Translations under genes and position numbers: made by a program | The notes under the pieces: generated by a model | What the model was told of the DNA's origin: nothing | Database searches by the model: none | The model's input: only the letters and a program-made list of their open reading frames with translations | Assembly (NCBI GenBank): GCA_977018835.1 | Contig: OZ361257.1 | Location: 3,286,001-3,350,000, forward strand | Length of the DNA stretch: 64,000 bases | Source of the DNA: Minutocellus sp. GHC0000111 | Lineage: Eukaryota | Direction: 5' to 3' | Shown here: positions 47,203-57,934 of the stretch, piece after piece | Position numbering within the stretch: the first letter of the stretch is position 1 | Layout: each line of letters opens with the position of its first letter

Positions 47203-48481
47203 TCAGATTACAAATATAAAGAATACTGCTACGTAGCTATCTGCATATTGATGTTGCTGCTCGTGCCGCTGCTGCGAAAAGTATCTCTGTAAAATCTCGT
47301 CCCTCCTTTCATTTGCTTTCTCTACGAAGTCATCTCGTGTCTTGAACTCTTGGACTGGAACTTCCCTAAAGAATGTAAGCAGCTTCTTTTGTTTGCCATC
47401 TCCCCACACATCTTTTTTGCCACCATGAAAGGTGAGAGGATCAGGACAGCCGCTCTTATCAAGGTTGAGAAATACACAGGCGTATCCGGTCTCTGGCAGT
47501 ACTCTGACTCCTCGCCCGTGTGATGATGTCCTCTGCCCGCCTTGATTTTGGCTTTGGTACAAATCGACAGCGGCATGCTCTATGATGTCCAGCGCAGTAG
47601 CAGTCTGTGTTCACTGTTCTGTTTCACCGTCCCTCAACTTGTCATGATGGTGCCCTCGAGCATGGTATATACCATTTTCAATGAGCTCTTGCGCCAAAAC
47701 CTGCATATCTTTGGTGGCACTCGTAGCAAATGTAGTCGATGTCGATGCCAAATCCCTACCGTCCACATCCTCGCGCGATAGAGGGGTCGCAAGGGGAAAG
47801 GTAGTAGCACCAGCACTGTTGCTCGTGAGATAAAATAGTACTGTCATATATCGAAAGTGCATTCCATTGTTGTTATCAACATGCAAGCCATCTGGCAAGA
47901 GTTGTCGCAGGTTGGCGCGGATCCGCCGATGGGAGGGTCTTGCGGATCATACGTCAAGAATCGAGGAAGAGCAGATTCTGCATCGTCATTGCTACCGCCT
48001 ACAAGCTCATTGATCGTTCTTTGAACGAATTGAAAAAGCTCCGCTCCTCGTTCTAGAAGTTCATTTTCTGGTTCTGACGAATCTAGATCGTCATTGTTTG
48101 CATTTGCACTTGCACCATCTGCCATGTACTCGAAGAATGCGGCGACAGCATCACATTCCTCCTGACTTTTGAGGATTGGCGCCGAGGTACGAAGGATGAT
48201 AGGTTGGCGTGATATTGGTACAAGAGTGATGGGTTCTTGATCTCCTGTACCTAATGGCAATGCTTGTCGACTTTCGTCGTATCATTTATACGACGTGACG
48301 CAGTAGAAGTAGCACCACCATCGGCGTCGATGGAGGCAAAAGCCCTCTCATATTCGGTCAGTGAGGGATGAAACGAAAGGGGTACTTGCCGCTTGTGGAG
48401 TGGTGATTGGAATGCCGCTGCGCATTGGAGGAGGTGGAGCATCGGCGGTAGCCAAAATGACAGGAGAAAGTAGACCTGCAT
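47203..48481 (-). pseudogene. Disrupted 2OG-Fe(II) oxygenase (prolyl-4-hydroxylase-like) with plastid-type presequence
   Basis: Joined frames give AAA-FQSP presequence, PILKSQEEC, LPRFLTY, LPDGLHVD (HxD), MTVLFYL..GATTFPL, GVRVLP..GYACVF.N..DPLTFHGG. Frameshifts near 48270 and 47900; in-frame TGA at 47611. Confidence 0.65.
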
Positions 48482-48550
48482 TTTTGCTTTCGACTACACG
48501 CAACGCAACAGCCTCACCGAGCACCTACTGTAGAGAAAGGCAGGACTAAA

Positions 48551-50144
48551 GTGGAAACATCACGTGCTAACGCCAAGGAGGCAATCCTCTCACTCTTGCT
48601 CTCATTCCCAGACGACGTCAGATGTGCTTGCTACACTGTTGATGAGCTTGTCCGCATCTTGATGCGCGGTGGCGTGTCGCCGAGCTTAGAGATCTCTCTT
48701 GTTCGATCATCTCTTCAACACGTCCCAACACGACACGAGGTCAATGTCCAACGACGACGTCCAGAGAAAATATCAGGCCTTGACGTTGCAAAGCCCTTCT
48801 ACCGCTTCTCCAGAATAGCCGATAACGCCAGCCCACGCTCTCAACGCAATGGCAAGCGATCACTGCCGACCATGCCTGAAAATTACTTCCAGGACGATGA
48901 AAAGCATGGGCCCCATCTCAACGCGACACTGAAACATTGTTCCGACAAGAATTCTTCGGGCGGTCGGTCATCTGCTCCCACCGCCAACGCTACCGATCGT
49001 CCCAACATCACCGGCGTGCAGCTCAACGGCAAAAGAATTGTGGTTGAAATGAAGCAGCTGTATGATTTCGTACAGAATCTCCACCGATCGTGCGGCAATC
49101 TGCATCTCTCGGCCGAGCCAGTTCGGCGTGGATTCGGCGTTACATTTGAATGGCGATGCGATAGATGCAACCAACCTTTTTCTTTTTGCACTTGGATCGG
49201 CCAGAGGTCAGAAGTTGTGTGCCCCGGCAGAAAGCATTCTAGAAGTCAGGCTGGAATGAACTTGGAGCTGATGGAGGCAGCGGAAGATGAGGCCATGTAC
49301 GCAAGTCGCTTCATGAATTTCTGCACGAAGGCCGACATCGTCCATCCGACCGAAAAGAATGCCTTGGAGTGATGGCAAGCTCGATGAGGAATGGAGCTCG
49401 GGGAATCAATTCGATGGCGACATATTGGAGATTAGTGACGACACGATTCGCAAGATGACGCTTGAAATAACCAAGAGAATCAACAAGAACACTGCCGACT
49501 CCAACTGCAAGAAGGAATCTACCACCGGCGTCGAACAGCTCAACGGGATGGTGACGAAGTTCACGATGGGGAAAAGGCCGAATTTGACTGCTTCAGACGC
49601 CTACCCAAATGCAACAAGTAGAGCCGCTGGCCACAAGTCACTGGGTACGGAATTCAATGAGCGAGTTCTTGGAAAGTTGGGATCGAGGGATTCTCCTACC
49701 CGAAAAGATGGATTTGATGCAATTGACCGGAAGCTCGAGGGCGACCTTGCGCGTAAGCGCACCGATGAGTACAAAAAGAGCAAGAGCGACAGCAAGCGCC
49801 TTCGAGCAGCCTTGCGAAACAGAAGCGAGAAAGACGACAAGGACTATGTGTACAAGAAGAACAGGGCCCTAGCTGCTGGTAAGGCGAAACCAGCAAAGCC
49901 TGGCCGCAAGAAGAAGATTGACCAGCAGTGTCAGAAATGCAAGCAGCTTGGCCACACTCGGGCTGAATGTCAATGCGACGATGCTGACGACGTTGTCGTT
50001 TACGCCGGAAAGAAGCGCAGAAGCCCAGGCAGCAACAAGAAATCTGCAAGAAATAATAAGAAAGCTAAGACAAACTTCGGTGTATCGGCAAATGATGTTA
50101 GCTCTTGGATGCCGGCGATACTGAGAGAAAATGGCAGCTTGTAA
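48551..50144 (+). pseudogene. Internally deleted DDE-type transposase (Kolobok/Mutator-like)
   Basis: N-part has H.SC..GFGVTFEWRCDRC..N (zinc-binding-like). Frame break at ~49360-49372. C-part has STTGVEQLNGMVTKFTMGKR...Y..ATSRA....LG (catalytic Glu region), a basic helix and CQKCKQLGHTRAEC zinc knuckle. No ATG start seen. Confidence 0.6.
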
Positions 50145-50248
50145 ACACGTGTAAAATATTTTATCACTGTAAATAAAAATGGATTTATTGTGTGCTGTTA
50201 CTCACATGCTACGCACATTCTTGTTATCTACATGTGTTGAGGTAATGA

Positions 50249-51478
50249 TTATGCATTTTCCTCTTCTTCTTCCTCTTCATCTTGATGACCAGGGATGAAT
50301 CCAACATATCGTTCACCTTTATCATTTGGATAAATGAACCTAATGCAAAAGACTAGACAGGTTGGCAAGGGCTTCCGATCAAGCCAACCTCTCACATGAT
50401 ACACCTCAGTTGCATAGTACCAATACAGCATGTTCCTCTTCAAATTATTTGCCATGGCTTCGACTGGCATGGTGGTTGCGTAGTATTTGTCAGCGATATC
50501 CTCCAGGTCCTCCTCCGTCGGCACCAGCATTTCTTCGCAGACGCATTTCTGAAAGAAGAGTGTGCCGTGCATTGAGCAGCTTCGGTTGGCGGCAGTGCAG
50601 CAAGCAGGGGGTATTGGCGGCCTCTCTCTGGTCTCGTCCAAATTACCGAATGTGTCTGCCTCCGGCGCTGCCGTCGGATCATCGTCGGCTTCCTCACAAA
50701 CGGCCACAACAAGAGCATCCGTGTCCGATCTGATCGCTGCTGATGGCCCACCATCTACCTGCAGAAGTTGGCCCATTCCAACAATATCAAAATCAACTAG
50801 TCCAATCCCAGCAGTAGAGTGTATGTCATCATATGGAGCCACATGCCATCGGTGGAACTTTGTCAATTTGATCACATGGCCCTGTTGTAGACTTCGGGCC
50901 TTTTCGGTAATTGTCAGGGCAACACGAGCGACGATAAGCTTTCCGCTTCCATCAAGCAAAGTAAGCGATGTGGTGTTGAAAGGTCGGCCGTGCGCAGCAA
51001 GAGCCGATCCAATATCGATCCGTTTCCCATGAAGTTGAAATATAGGGAAGAATTCAGGTCCGGCGTCAAACATGGGATCTTGCAATTGATCGACGATACC
51101 GACCGTCAGCCTCAACTTCACATCAGCCACGGACAGGTTGGTAACTACGAGGCCGGGCCGCTCAGCAGCGACATCAATATCATCCCGAACATGATACTTA
51201 TCAGCGCGAGCCTCGACTGCTTTGACAAGATGTTGAAGTGCATGGCCGACGCCGGGATTGTTCCATAATTCTCGTCCTTGTCCGTTCGGGTCGTTCTCCA
51301 ACGTGACGGCGAGGCCCTCCAGTATCTCGGTAACGGCGTCTTTCGCTTTGTCCTCCGCCTTCTCTTTCTTCTTGTCAACAGGCAAAATCGGGCGACCGGA
51401 GTTATCTGTCTTGAGTTTCCGCAACCGCGTATCTGCGTTGTGGGCCGGGCCGGCACTATTATCAGCGCTGCGCTTCAT
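50249..51478 (-). CDS. Transposon accessory protein: OB-fold-like middle + KolX / P2X7-ballast-like C-terminal domain
   Basis: Cys cluster CC..CS.HG..KCVC, then KRNMLYWYYA...RKPLPTCLVFCIRFIYP....YVGF. Middle segment LTLLDGSG..IVARV..LQQGHVIKLTKF. ATG at 51481 is in frame just upstream. Confidence 0.65.
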   Translation of the reverse strand: MKRSADNSAGPAHNADTRLRKLKTDNSGRPILPVDKKKEKAEDKAKDAVTEILEGLAVTLENDPNGQGRELWNNPGVGHALQHLVKAVEARADKYHVRDDIDVAAERPGLVVTNLSVADVKLRLTVGIVDQLQDPMFDAGPEFFPIFQLHGKRIDIGSALAAHGRPFNTTSLTLLDGSGKLIVARVALTITEKARSLQQGHVIKLTKFHRWHVAPYDDIHSTAGIGLVDFDIVGMGQLLQVDGGPSAAIRSDTDALVVAVCEEADDDPTAAPEADTFGNLDETRERPPIPPACCTAANRSCSMHGTLFFQKCVCEEMLVPTEEDLEDIADKYYATTMPVEAMANNLKRNMLYWYYATEVYHVRGWLDRKPLPTCLVFCIRFIYPNDKGERYVGFIPGHQDEEEEEEENA

Positions 51479-52024
51479 CGTAATGAAGAGGGGGCAGAGC
51501 GGCGATTCTCATGGTGGGGTCGAGTTTTTGTCATGCTTCGCTCGTCATAAGAAATAAGAATAAGGGGGATTAAAAACGGGGAAAATTATGGACAGCGCCC
51601 TCTTAACAGTGGGTGCATCGGCCGAAATGGACGGACCCCCGTGGTGTCGTACCTGGTCGAGAGCAACAGGTATTCCCTCCCTCACGATCGAAGAGTTTCT
51701 CCCTCGACCAGCCGCCGACAATCCTTGACGAATCAGATGTCTCGTAATCATATCTTTTATTTAAGGAGGACACGAAAAGAGGCTTCTTGACGATCGGCGG
51801 TAAAGCGGAGCGGCAATGCAATGCACGCAAGCAAAGATGATGATTCGATTCGCTCGCTCGATGAATGGGTCTGACCGTCTGGCCGTCACACGAAAACGCC
51901 GCTGCTATGGCTGCTATGCACGCATGTAGCGCGTACTAGCTAGTAGGCGGATCGATGCATCGCTCATCGTCGGCTCTGGTTTCCTACCAACCAACAGCAT
52001 ACCTAGCTAGCTAGGTACAGCATC

Positions 52025-52585
52025 ATGTTTCAGTGCAACCGCCCCAGCAGGCTTGCCTACACGTACGTCTCCTCCTTGCTTCTCACAATCCATCATTATG
52101 TCCCATCAGCCGAGGCCCAACACGACGATGCCGATCCCCTTGGCAAGCCATTTTTAATGAGAAATATTGAGGTCGGTGATATCACCCTCCCGGTATCACC
52201 GGCCACTATCATACTGTTTTTGATCGTTGCCATTGTCATGTTCCGCGGTGTAACGCAGAGCGTTTCGGCGACTGCGAGGCATATCCTCATTGACGATCAT
52301 TCTGACGAAACCAAGAATCGGCTGGAGAAGATGAAGGCTGAGATCAACAATGACAAGCAAAAGTTTGCCGCCTGTGCCAAGAAATATAGCAAATGCCCGA
52401 GTGGCAAGGCAGCAGGTGGAAGCCTCGGGAAATTTGGACAGGGAAGCATGGTACCACCCTTTGATCGAGTGGTGTTCGATCCGAGCACCAAAATTGGAGA
52501 AGTGGTTGGTCCTGTTCACACCAATTTTGGCTGGCACCTAATTCTGATCGAAGAGAGGGATGAGCTTCGTCACTATAAGGATTGA
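52025..52585 (+). CDS. Parvulin (PpiC-type) peptidyl-prolyl isomerase with N-terminal TM segment
   Basis: ATARHILI, FAACAKKYSKCPSG..GGSLGKF..GSMVPPFD, GPVHTNFGWHLILI. Confidence 0.92.
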   Translation: MFQCNRPSRLAYTYVSSLLLTIHHYVPSAEAQHDDADPLGKPFLMRNIEVGDITLPVSPATIILFLIVAIVMFRGVTQSVSATARHILIDDHSDETKNRLEKMKAEINNDKQKFAACAKKYSKCPSGKAAGGSLGKFGQGSMVPPFDRVVFDPSTKIGEVVGPVHTNFGWHLILIEERDELRHYKD

Positions 52586-52761
52586 TTCGCTGATGCGCCC
52601 TGTATACTACGTAGTAAGGCTATGGCATGTGCCTCAAGGTAGCGGCTTGTAAATAAATTTTATTGCATGCAATTGCAAGTCAATACGTAGGGATCCCTAC
52701 TGCCTGATAATAAGTGTACCTCTACATGTAGTCTAGAGTAGCATCTCTAGACTAGAAGGAC

Positions 52762-54027
52762 CTACCAGCCAGCACCGCCACACATCCACTCTGCTTTGTA
52801 CGTACTGCCATCTTCATCGCCCTTTGATTTGCTGTTCTCATCTGACAAACCGCCCACACCATTTGTTGTAACTTCGCCGCCTTCCAGCTCCGTTCGACAT
52901 CTGTTGATGATCCTTCGAAAGTCCCACAGATAAAACAAGCTAACGAATCGAAATACGCCCATCAAGAGCACCTGGCAAATCAAATCCAGTAGGCCATGCG
53001 GCGGTCCCATTCCAGCAGTCAGCGTGCTGAGCATCCAACCCTCCAAACCAAAGTAAACATTGTACCTCGGCCTACTGGCAAGGGCGGCATTGACCATGGT
53101 CCTGGCCACGTCTTTCGGTTGGTAAAGCCCTGCAACCTCGCTTATCAAGTGCGTCTCCCTGGGCTTGCCAACCTGCTCCGCCTCATATCCCGGTGTATCA
53201 GTGTCTGGTGGGTAGGCCACCTGCACCGCCACGCTCGACGGTACTTCCATACTCAAACTCTCCGCCATGGACCGGAGCGCCGCCTTGGTGGGGCTGTATG
53301 CAGCATATCCATACACTCCCACTTGGCCCGCTGCACTGGACGTAAAAACAATGGTGCTGGGTTTCGGAGGGATAGCTGGGTCAGCATCGGCCTTGTTCTC
53401 CAGCATATGGGGCAGGAATGCACGAGTAACATGAGCCGTTCCGAGATAGTTGATCCTCATCAACCGCTCAAATTCTAAAGGCGAAGTTTCGACGAATCGT
53501 CCTGACGAACTCGTACCAGCAACATTGAACAGGAGGCTGGGTGGACCGCCATTCTCTGCGCGACAGATCTCATCAGCCGCCTTGGATACGGCATCGTAGT
53601 CGGCCACATCCACGGACCTGATCGAAACAATCTGATCCAACTTTTGTTCCACACCGGTTGCCAGCAATTCCTTCTCGAGTCCATCTTTGGCGGCTTTCAG
53701 CCCATCGACCTTTCTGGCCAGGAGCGTGACGTGCTTACACCCCTTGTTCAGAGCCAGATCGTGTGCAATTGCGAGCCCAATCCCCGAGGAACCACCGGTA
53801 ATTACGGCATGTCGGAGGAGATCGTCCCGTGCCGCCTTGCCCCTTCGGTGCGTGTGCTTTTGGCTGAGGAAGTAGGTGAGAACAATTTTGATCAGCACGA
53901 TGGCCCCGAGGGCGGGAAGAATGTAGTAGGACGAACTCCAGTGCGGCAACGCATCAGAAGATGACGGGCACGCCATTTGATTGGAGTCCACAGCAGTGAC
54001 TTTTGACCCTATTTTGAAGAGGCCCAT
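52762..54027 (-). CDS. KDSR: 3-ketodihydrosphingosine reductase (KDSR/TSC10-like SDR)
   Basis: N-terminal TM, HAVITGGSSGIG, INYLGT, SSAAGQVGVYGYAAYSPTKAALR, YPPDTDTPGYE.E...KP.ET.LIS, GLEGWML..LTAGM. Confidence 0.88.
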   Translation of the reverse strand: MGLFKIGSKVTAVDSNQMACPSSSDALPHWSSSYYILPALGAIVLIKIVLTYFLSQKHTHRRGKAARDDLLRHAVITGGSSGIGLAIAHDLALNKGCKHVTLLARKVDGLKAAKDGLEKELLATGVEQKLDQIVSIRSVDVADYDAVSKAADEICRAENGGPPSLLFNVAGTSSSGRFVETSPLEFERLMRINYLGTAHVTRAFLPHMLENKADADPAIPPKPSTIVFTSSAAGQVGVYGYAAYSPTKAALRSMAESLSMEVPSSVAVQVAYPPDTDTPGYEAEQVGKPRETHLISEVAGLYQPKDVARTMVNAALASRPRYNVYFGLEGWMLSTLTAGMGPPHGLLDLICQVLLMGVFRFVSLFYLWDFRRIINRCRTELEGGEVTTNGVGGLSDENSKSKGDEDGSTYKAEWMCGGAGW

Positions 54028-54325
54028 GGTACCAGCTTCAAGTCATTGGAGAAAAGCAATGCGGCATGTGATGAAGTCATGAGGGCTTTCCAGCAACCAG
54101 CACGATACTAGTAGACTAGTAACTGACAAGGGAAAATTCGCTTGAGAGGAGTGAATAGGCACCCGGATTCTCTTAGTTTGGTCTGATTTCGTCCGTCACT
54201 GTTGCTGGCTGCGCTTGCGACTGAAATGAAGGCTCAACCGCAAAAATGCGTCAGTCACTCGCCGGCCGACCGACCAGTAACAACGCGTTCCGTATTCTGA
54301 ACTGCAGCCACAAGACAGAAGAAAT

Positions 54326-55205
54326 ATGCCTGCACCAGGGACAAGCGCTCGAAAACTTTCCATTATCTGCCTGCTGACGACTGCCGCTTCGTGCACGCAG
54401 TCAGTTTCGGCATTTGCTGGTGCTGCTGGGTCCTTGGTCCAGAAGCACGTTGTGACCTCGCTGCACATGGCAAACGATGATAGTGATGACGGCAAATTGG
54501 CCGGGTCATTCTTCAACCAAGTGCCAGAGGATCCCACTTCATCTGATGCTGGCGCTGGTGCTGGCGCCGGCGCCGGTGCCGATGCCGCTGCTGCTGAGGA
54601 ATCATCTGCCGCCGCCCCAGCACAACCAGAGAGCAAGACCGACAAGACGGACGACCCCTTCGACTTTGATCAGAGCGTGGCAAAGCTGATGGCCCGACGA
54701 AGCAAGAAGCCTCTGGCGGCGACCCCATCCACTATCGGGGGCGTACCGACTGCCAAGGCGAGCGGTTTTGGAAAGCAGCCCGCCAAATCCAAGGGCAGCC
54801 CCGGAAAGCCCGTTCGCAAAGTCTCAATGGACGGGAAGAAGTCCTTCGTTCAATTGGGCAAACCCCTCAACGATGTCAACAATCCAGAATACGACGACCA
54901 GGGCTACACTCTTTAATGCCGACGAGGAGACGGGAGAGAAGAAGAGAGTGTTCGAGGCGCTCGTGGAATATCCATGTACATTTACCATGAAGATCGTCGG
55001 CGCAAACGAGGGTGCCTTTGCCGCAGAGATGGTTCAAGTGGTGGCAGAGAGCTGTGAGGTGGAGGTCGAGGATGTGGAAAACTCCGTAAAGGTCAATGGA
55101 AAGTGGACCAGCGTCACCGTCCAGGCTCCTGTCAAAAGCGCGGAAATGCTGTACGCTCTCTACGAGGCCATCGATCGTGATCCGCGTGTGAAGTTCAAGT
55201 TTTAG
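54326..55205 (+). CDS. Plastid-targeted DUF493 (YbeD-like) protein; 1-bp frameshift near 54915
   Basis: VSA-FAG presequence. Removing one A gives DDQGYTLYADEETGEKKRVFEALVEYPCTFTMKIVG...GKWTSVTV..LY.AID.DPRVKFKF. Confidence 0.8.
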
Positions 55206-55544
55206 ATGTACTAGGGATCCCTCGTATGCTCTCTAGCATCTTGCGATATCCCATACGGGTAGATTCTAGAAGGAACAAAATGAGACATAAGTCTATCGAT
55301 AAGCGTCTATTCATGTTATCATTCTACGTTTATCGTTTTGAATGTATAAGAATCGCCAATAAGCTCATAGGTACGGTCGTTAAAAATAGTCCCCCTTGAA
55401 TTTCTCCAAAAGAGGACACGAGCTCGTATTCACTACGTGGCGCGATGGTAACATATACCAAAAGAGAGGAACAGAAAGCGGAAGAAAAAATATAGAGATA
55501 CAAATTGTAGGTAGCAGGTCGTCGATCAGTCACTTTTCAACCCT

Positions 55545-57201
55545 CTAAGGATTGAAGAGGCTGGGACACTCGGGCGCACAGCACTCGCATTCGACCCGGC
55601 CACAGTCCACACTCAGCCGCTTGAAATCAAAGTTTTGCATTCGCAGGACGCACAGATCCGATGGTACTTGGCCAGTGAATTTGTTGCCATGGAGGCGGAT
55701 CTCCTTCACCCCAGTACTGAAAGATCCCAAAGTGGCCGGAATTTCTCCAGTGAATCGATTGTCATTGACATTCAGCTTCTTGAGGTTTGGCAAATTGGCC
55801 ACAGCCTCCGCGAGGTCGCCAGATAGCCGGTTCTCTTCCACCTGGATAGTGAGAACAGACTCCGGGAAGGCTGGCAAGGGACCAGACAAGGCATTGTTCT
55901 GCAAGCGGACGCGGTAGAGACCCTCGGCAAATCCAGACGGGATGGGACCAATCAAAGAGTTCTGCTCCAAACCGAGAACATCCAGCTTTTCAAGGGAGAC
56001 GATTTCTTGAGGAATAACTCCGGCAAGACCATTGTTGGCTATGGTTGAAGTGAACGGGATTGTTATGGGATTCAGAAAGAAGCGGGGTTAGATTGCCATA
56101 CGTCAACAAAGAAAAAAACAAGCGCATGTTTCAAGCATGAACTACAATTCACGTCCACCCTCAAATTTACGCACCAATCTCGACCTTCTGCACATGCTTG
56201 TCATCGTTGCAGCGGATACCATGCCAGCTACATTCGCTACCGGCCGAGGCACCGCTGAGCCACGATGATGCGCCCATGGCCCCACCAATGCTGGGATTGA
56301 AGTCGCTAACCGAAATGCTGGTGCTCGCACAGTTGGGATCGGACATAAAGCAAGAGAACCAGTCGTCGCCACTGGTAGAGAAGTACAGGGTGGCAAGGAT
56401 GTATCGCTGATTGAGAAGGTGCTTGTCGGAGCCGCCTGGGCAAAGACGGGCATTGTCGAAGTAGGTGATCCAATCGTAGGCCTTGCCCTGGGCGGTCATA
56501 TCGTTGTCAAGGACGGCGAGATCGGTGATTTCGGACAGCTGCTTGCGGATGGCATCAGCACGCTCGTCCTCGGTGAGGTCGGAGCAGTCCGAGGGCTCGC
56601 CCTTGGGGGCCTGTTCGACCTTGATGTCAGGAGTGTCCTCCTCCTTGTCGGTCTTGTTGTCCTTCTTGTCTTTCTTCTCCTTCTTCTCCTCCTCTTCCTT
56701 GGCGATTTCGGGGATAAGATTCTCGGCGATGATGACGGTAGGATCCTTGGCATCGGTAGGCTTCTCTTTCTCCTTGTCGTCCTCAGCTCGAGCTGCAGGG
56801 GGAGTGGATGCTGGGGCGAAGTCATCAACCACAGGAGTGGAATCCTCCTCAACGGATTCATCCTCACTCTCCTCGGACTCCTCAGATTCGGACGATGCGG
56901 AAGTTTCATCGTCGCTGACCCTGTTCCTCTTGCGACCATTGGATCCGCTCTGCTGCAGGAAGCGGTTGGCGAACTGAGCAGTTTCGAGCTCGAACAGAGC
57001 CATCTCGTCATCCTTTGTAGCGAGATTATTCTTCTCGGGTATTTGGACGTCGATGACATTGCGTTGGGCACGTCGGCGCAATCGTGTCTTGGTATTGGTG
57101 TCAACGGCGGCGGTGGCAGCTGTAGATTTGGCAAGCGCTGTCGATGCGCAGCATGAGATGGTTGCCATGAAGATGGCGAAGGCTCCTACGGATGCTCTCA
57201 T
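55545..57201 (-). CDS. Secreted leucine-rich-repeat protein; exons 57201-56175 and 56038-55545
   Basis: Signal peptide, acidic/Lys spacer, QGKAYDWI...D...LCP..NQRYILATLYFSTSG..W, ECSWHGIRC cap, LxLxxNxLxGxIP repeats, C-terminal VDC..VECECC; GT-AG intron 56174-56039. Confidence 0.88.
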
Positions 57202-57934
57202 TTTATTGTAATATTATTTTGTGCAATTGAAAAGAAAATATTTGGGCTGTCTTTGGCTCAACTGCTACTGATGGAGATGAGTGAGTTGGTTATATGCAGT
57301 CAGATCGGAACGAAGGAAGACTTTGTCGAGAGACTGGCTTGAGTATTGGATCGAAGCGGCGATGGATGCAAGCTGATAAGAAGATACTTGGCACGTAGTA
57401 GAACGATGCTTTGCCAAGAGGCGAAACGATGAAAAAGTGGCACCTTTGAGGAAGTGGGCGGCAGACAATGCTGGTTTTTCACCGTGGGTGTGAGGCGGTT
57501 GGATGCCGATCAGCAAAAACCAGCGATGACCACACATCTTGGTTGTTTGAATTCTGTACCATTCCACTCTGTGCCGGAAGCAAGCGACGGCAAGTGGAGC
57601 CGCGGCCAGGCACGATGTGTGCCATCTTGGAGCGACCACACATCTCATGCTTTCCTCTACGCTGTGCCAAACTTTTAGCATTCGATATTTTAAATTAAAC
57701 ACCGAATTCAGAATGAGGGAACCTCATGAAATCGGCGACGACCAACGAAGCCAAATCTGCGAATAAAGACATCACTTGCACCGCCGGTGAATAAGCACTT
57801 CGGTTCCTCCTTCTCTAACTTTATTCCATCTCCTCAGTGAATAACTTCTGCCACGGATCGTTATCCTATCTCCTCAAACAGTCGCAATATCGCCTTCTTG
57901 AACGTTTGTACCACCGCACTCGATCATCAACACC

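Larger units (their letters stand above)
48551..51606. mobile_element. Degenerate Kolobok-like DNA transposon (convergent transposase remnant + accessory gene); boundaries uncertain
   Basis: Intronless convergent ORF pair with transposase-like and KolX-like motifs. Candidate YY|TTAA right end at 51601-51606; no matching left TIR found. Confidence 0.55.

Noticed and set aside
48551..50144. This transposase as the mobiliser of the (TA)n TIR element, or the CCHC knuckle as retrotransposon Gag
   Set aside because: No copy of the TIR or palindromic motif is seen near it, and there are no protease, RT, integrase or LTR signatures.
8583..54915. Programmed ribosomal frameshifting at ~8583, 28643, 35946, 42229, 54915
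   Set aside because: Each is fixed by a 1-2 bp indel at a short homopolymer or dinucleotide with no slippery heptamer; most simply sequencing/assembly error.
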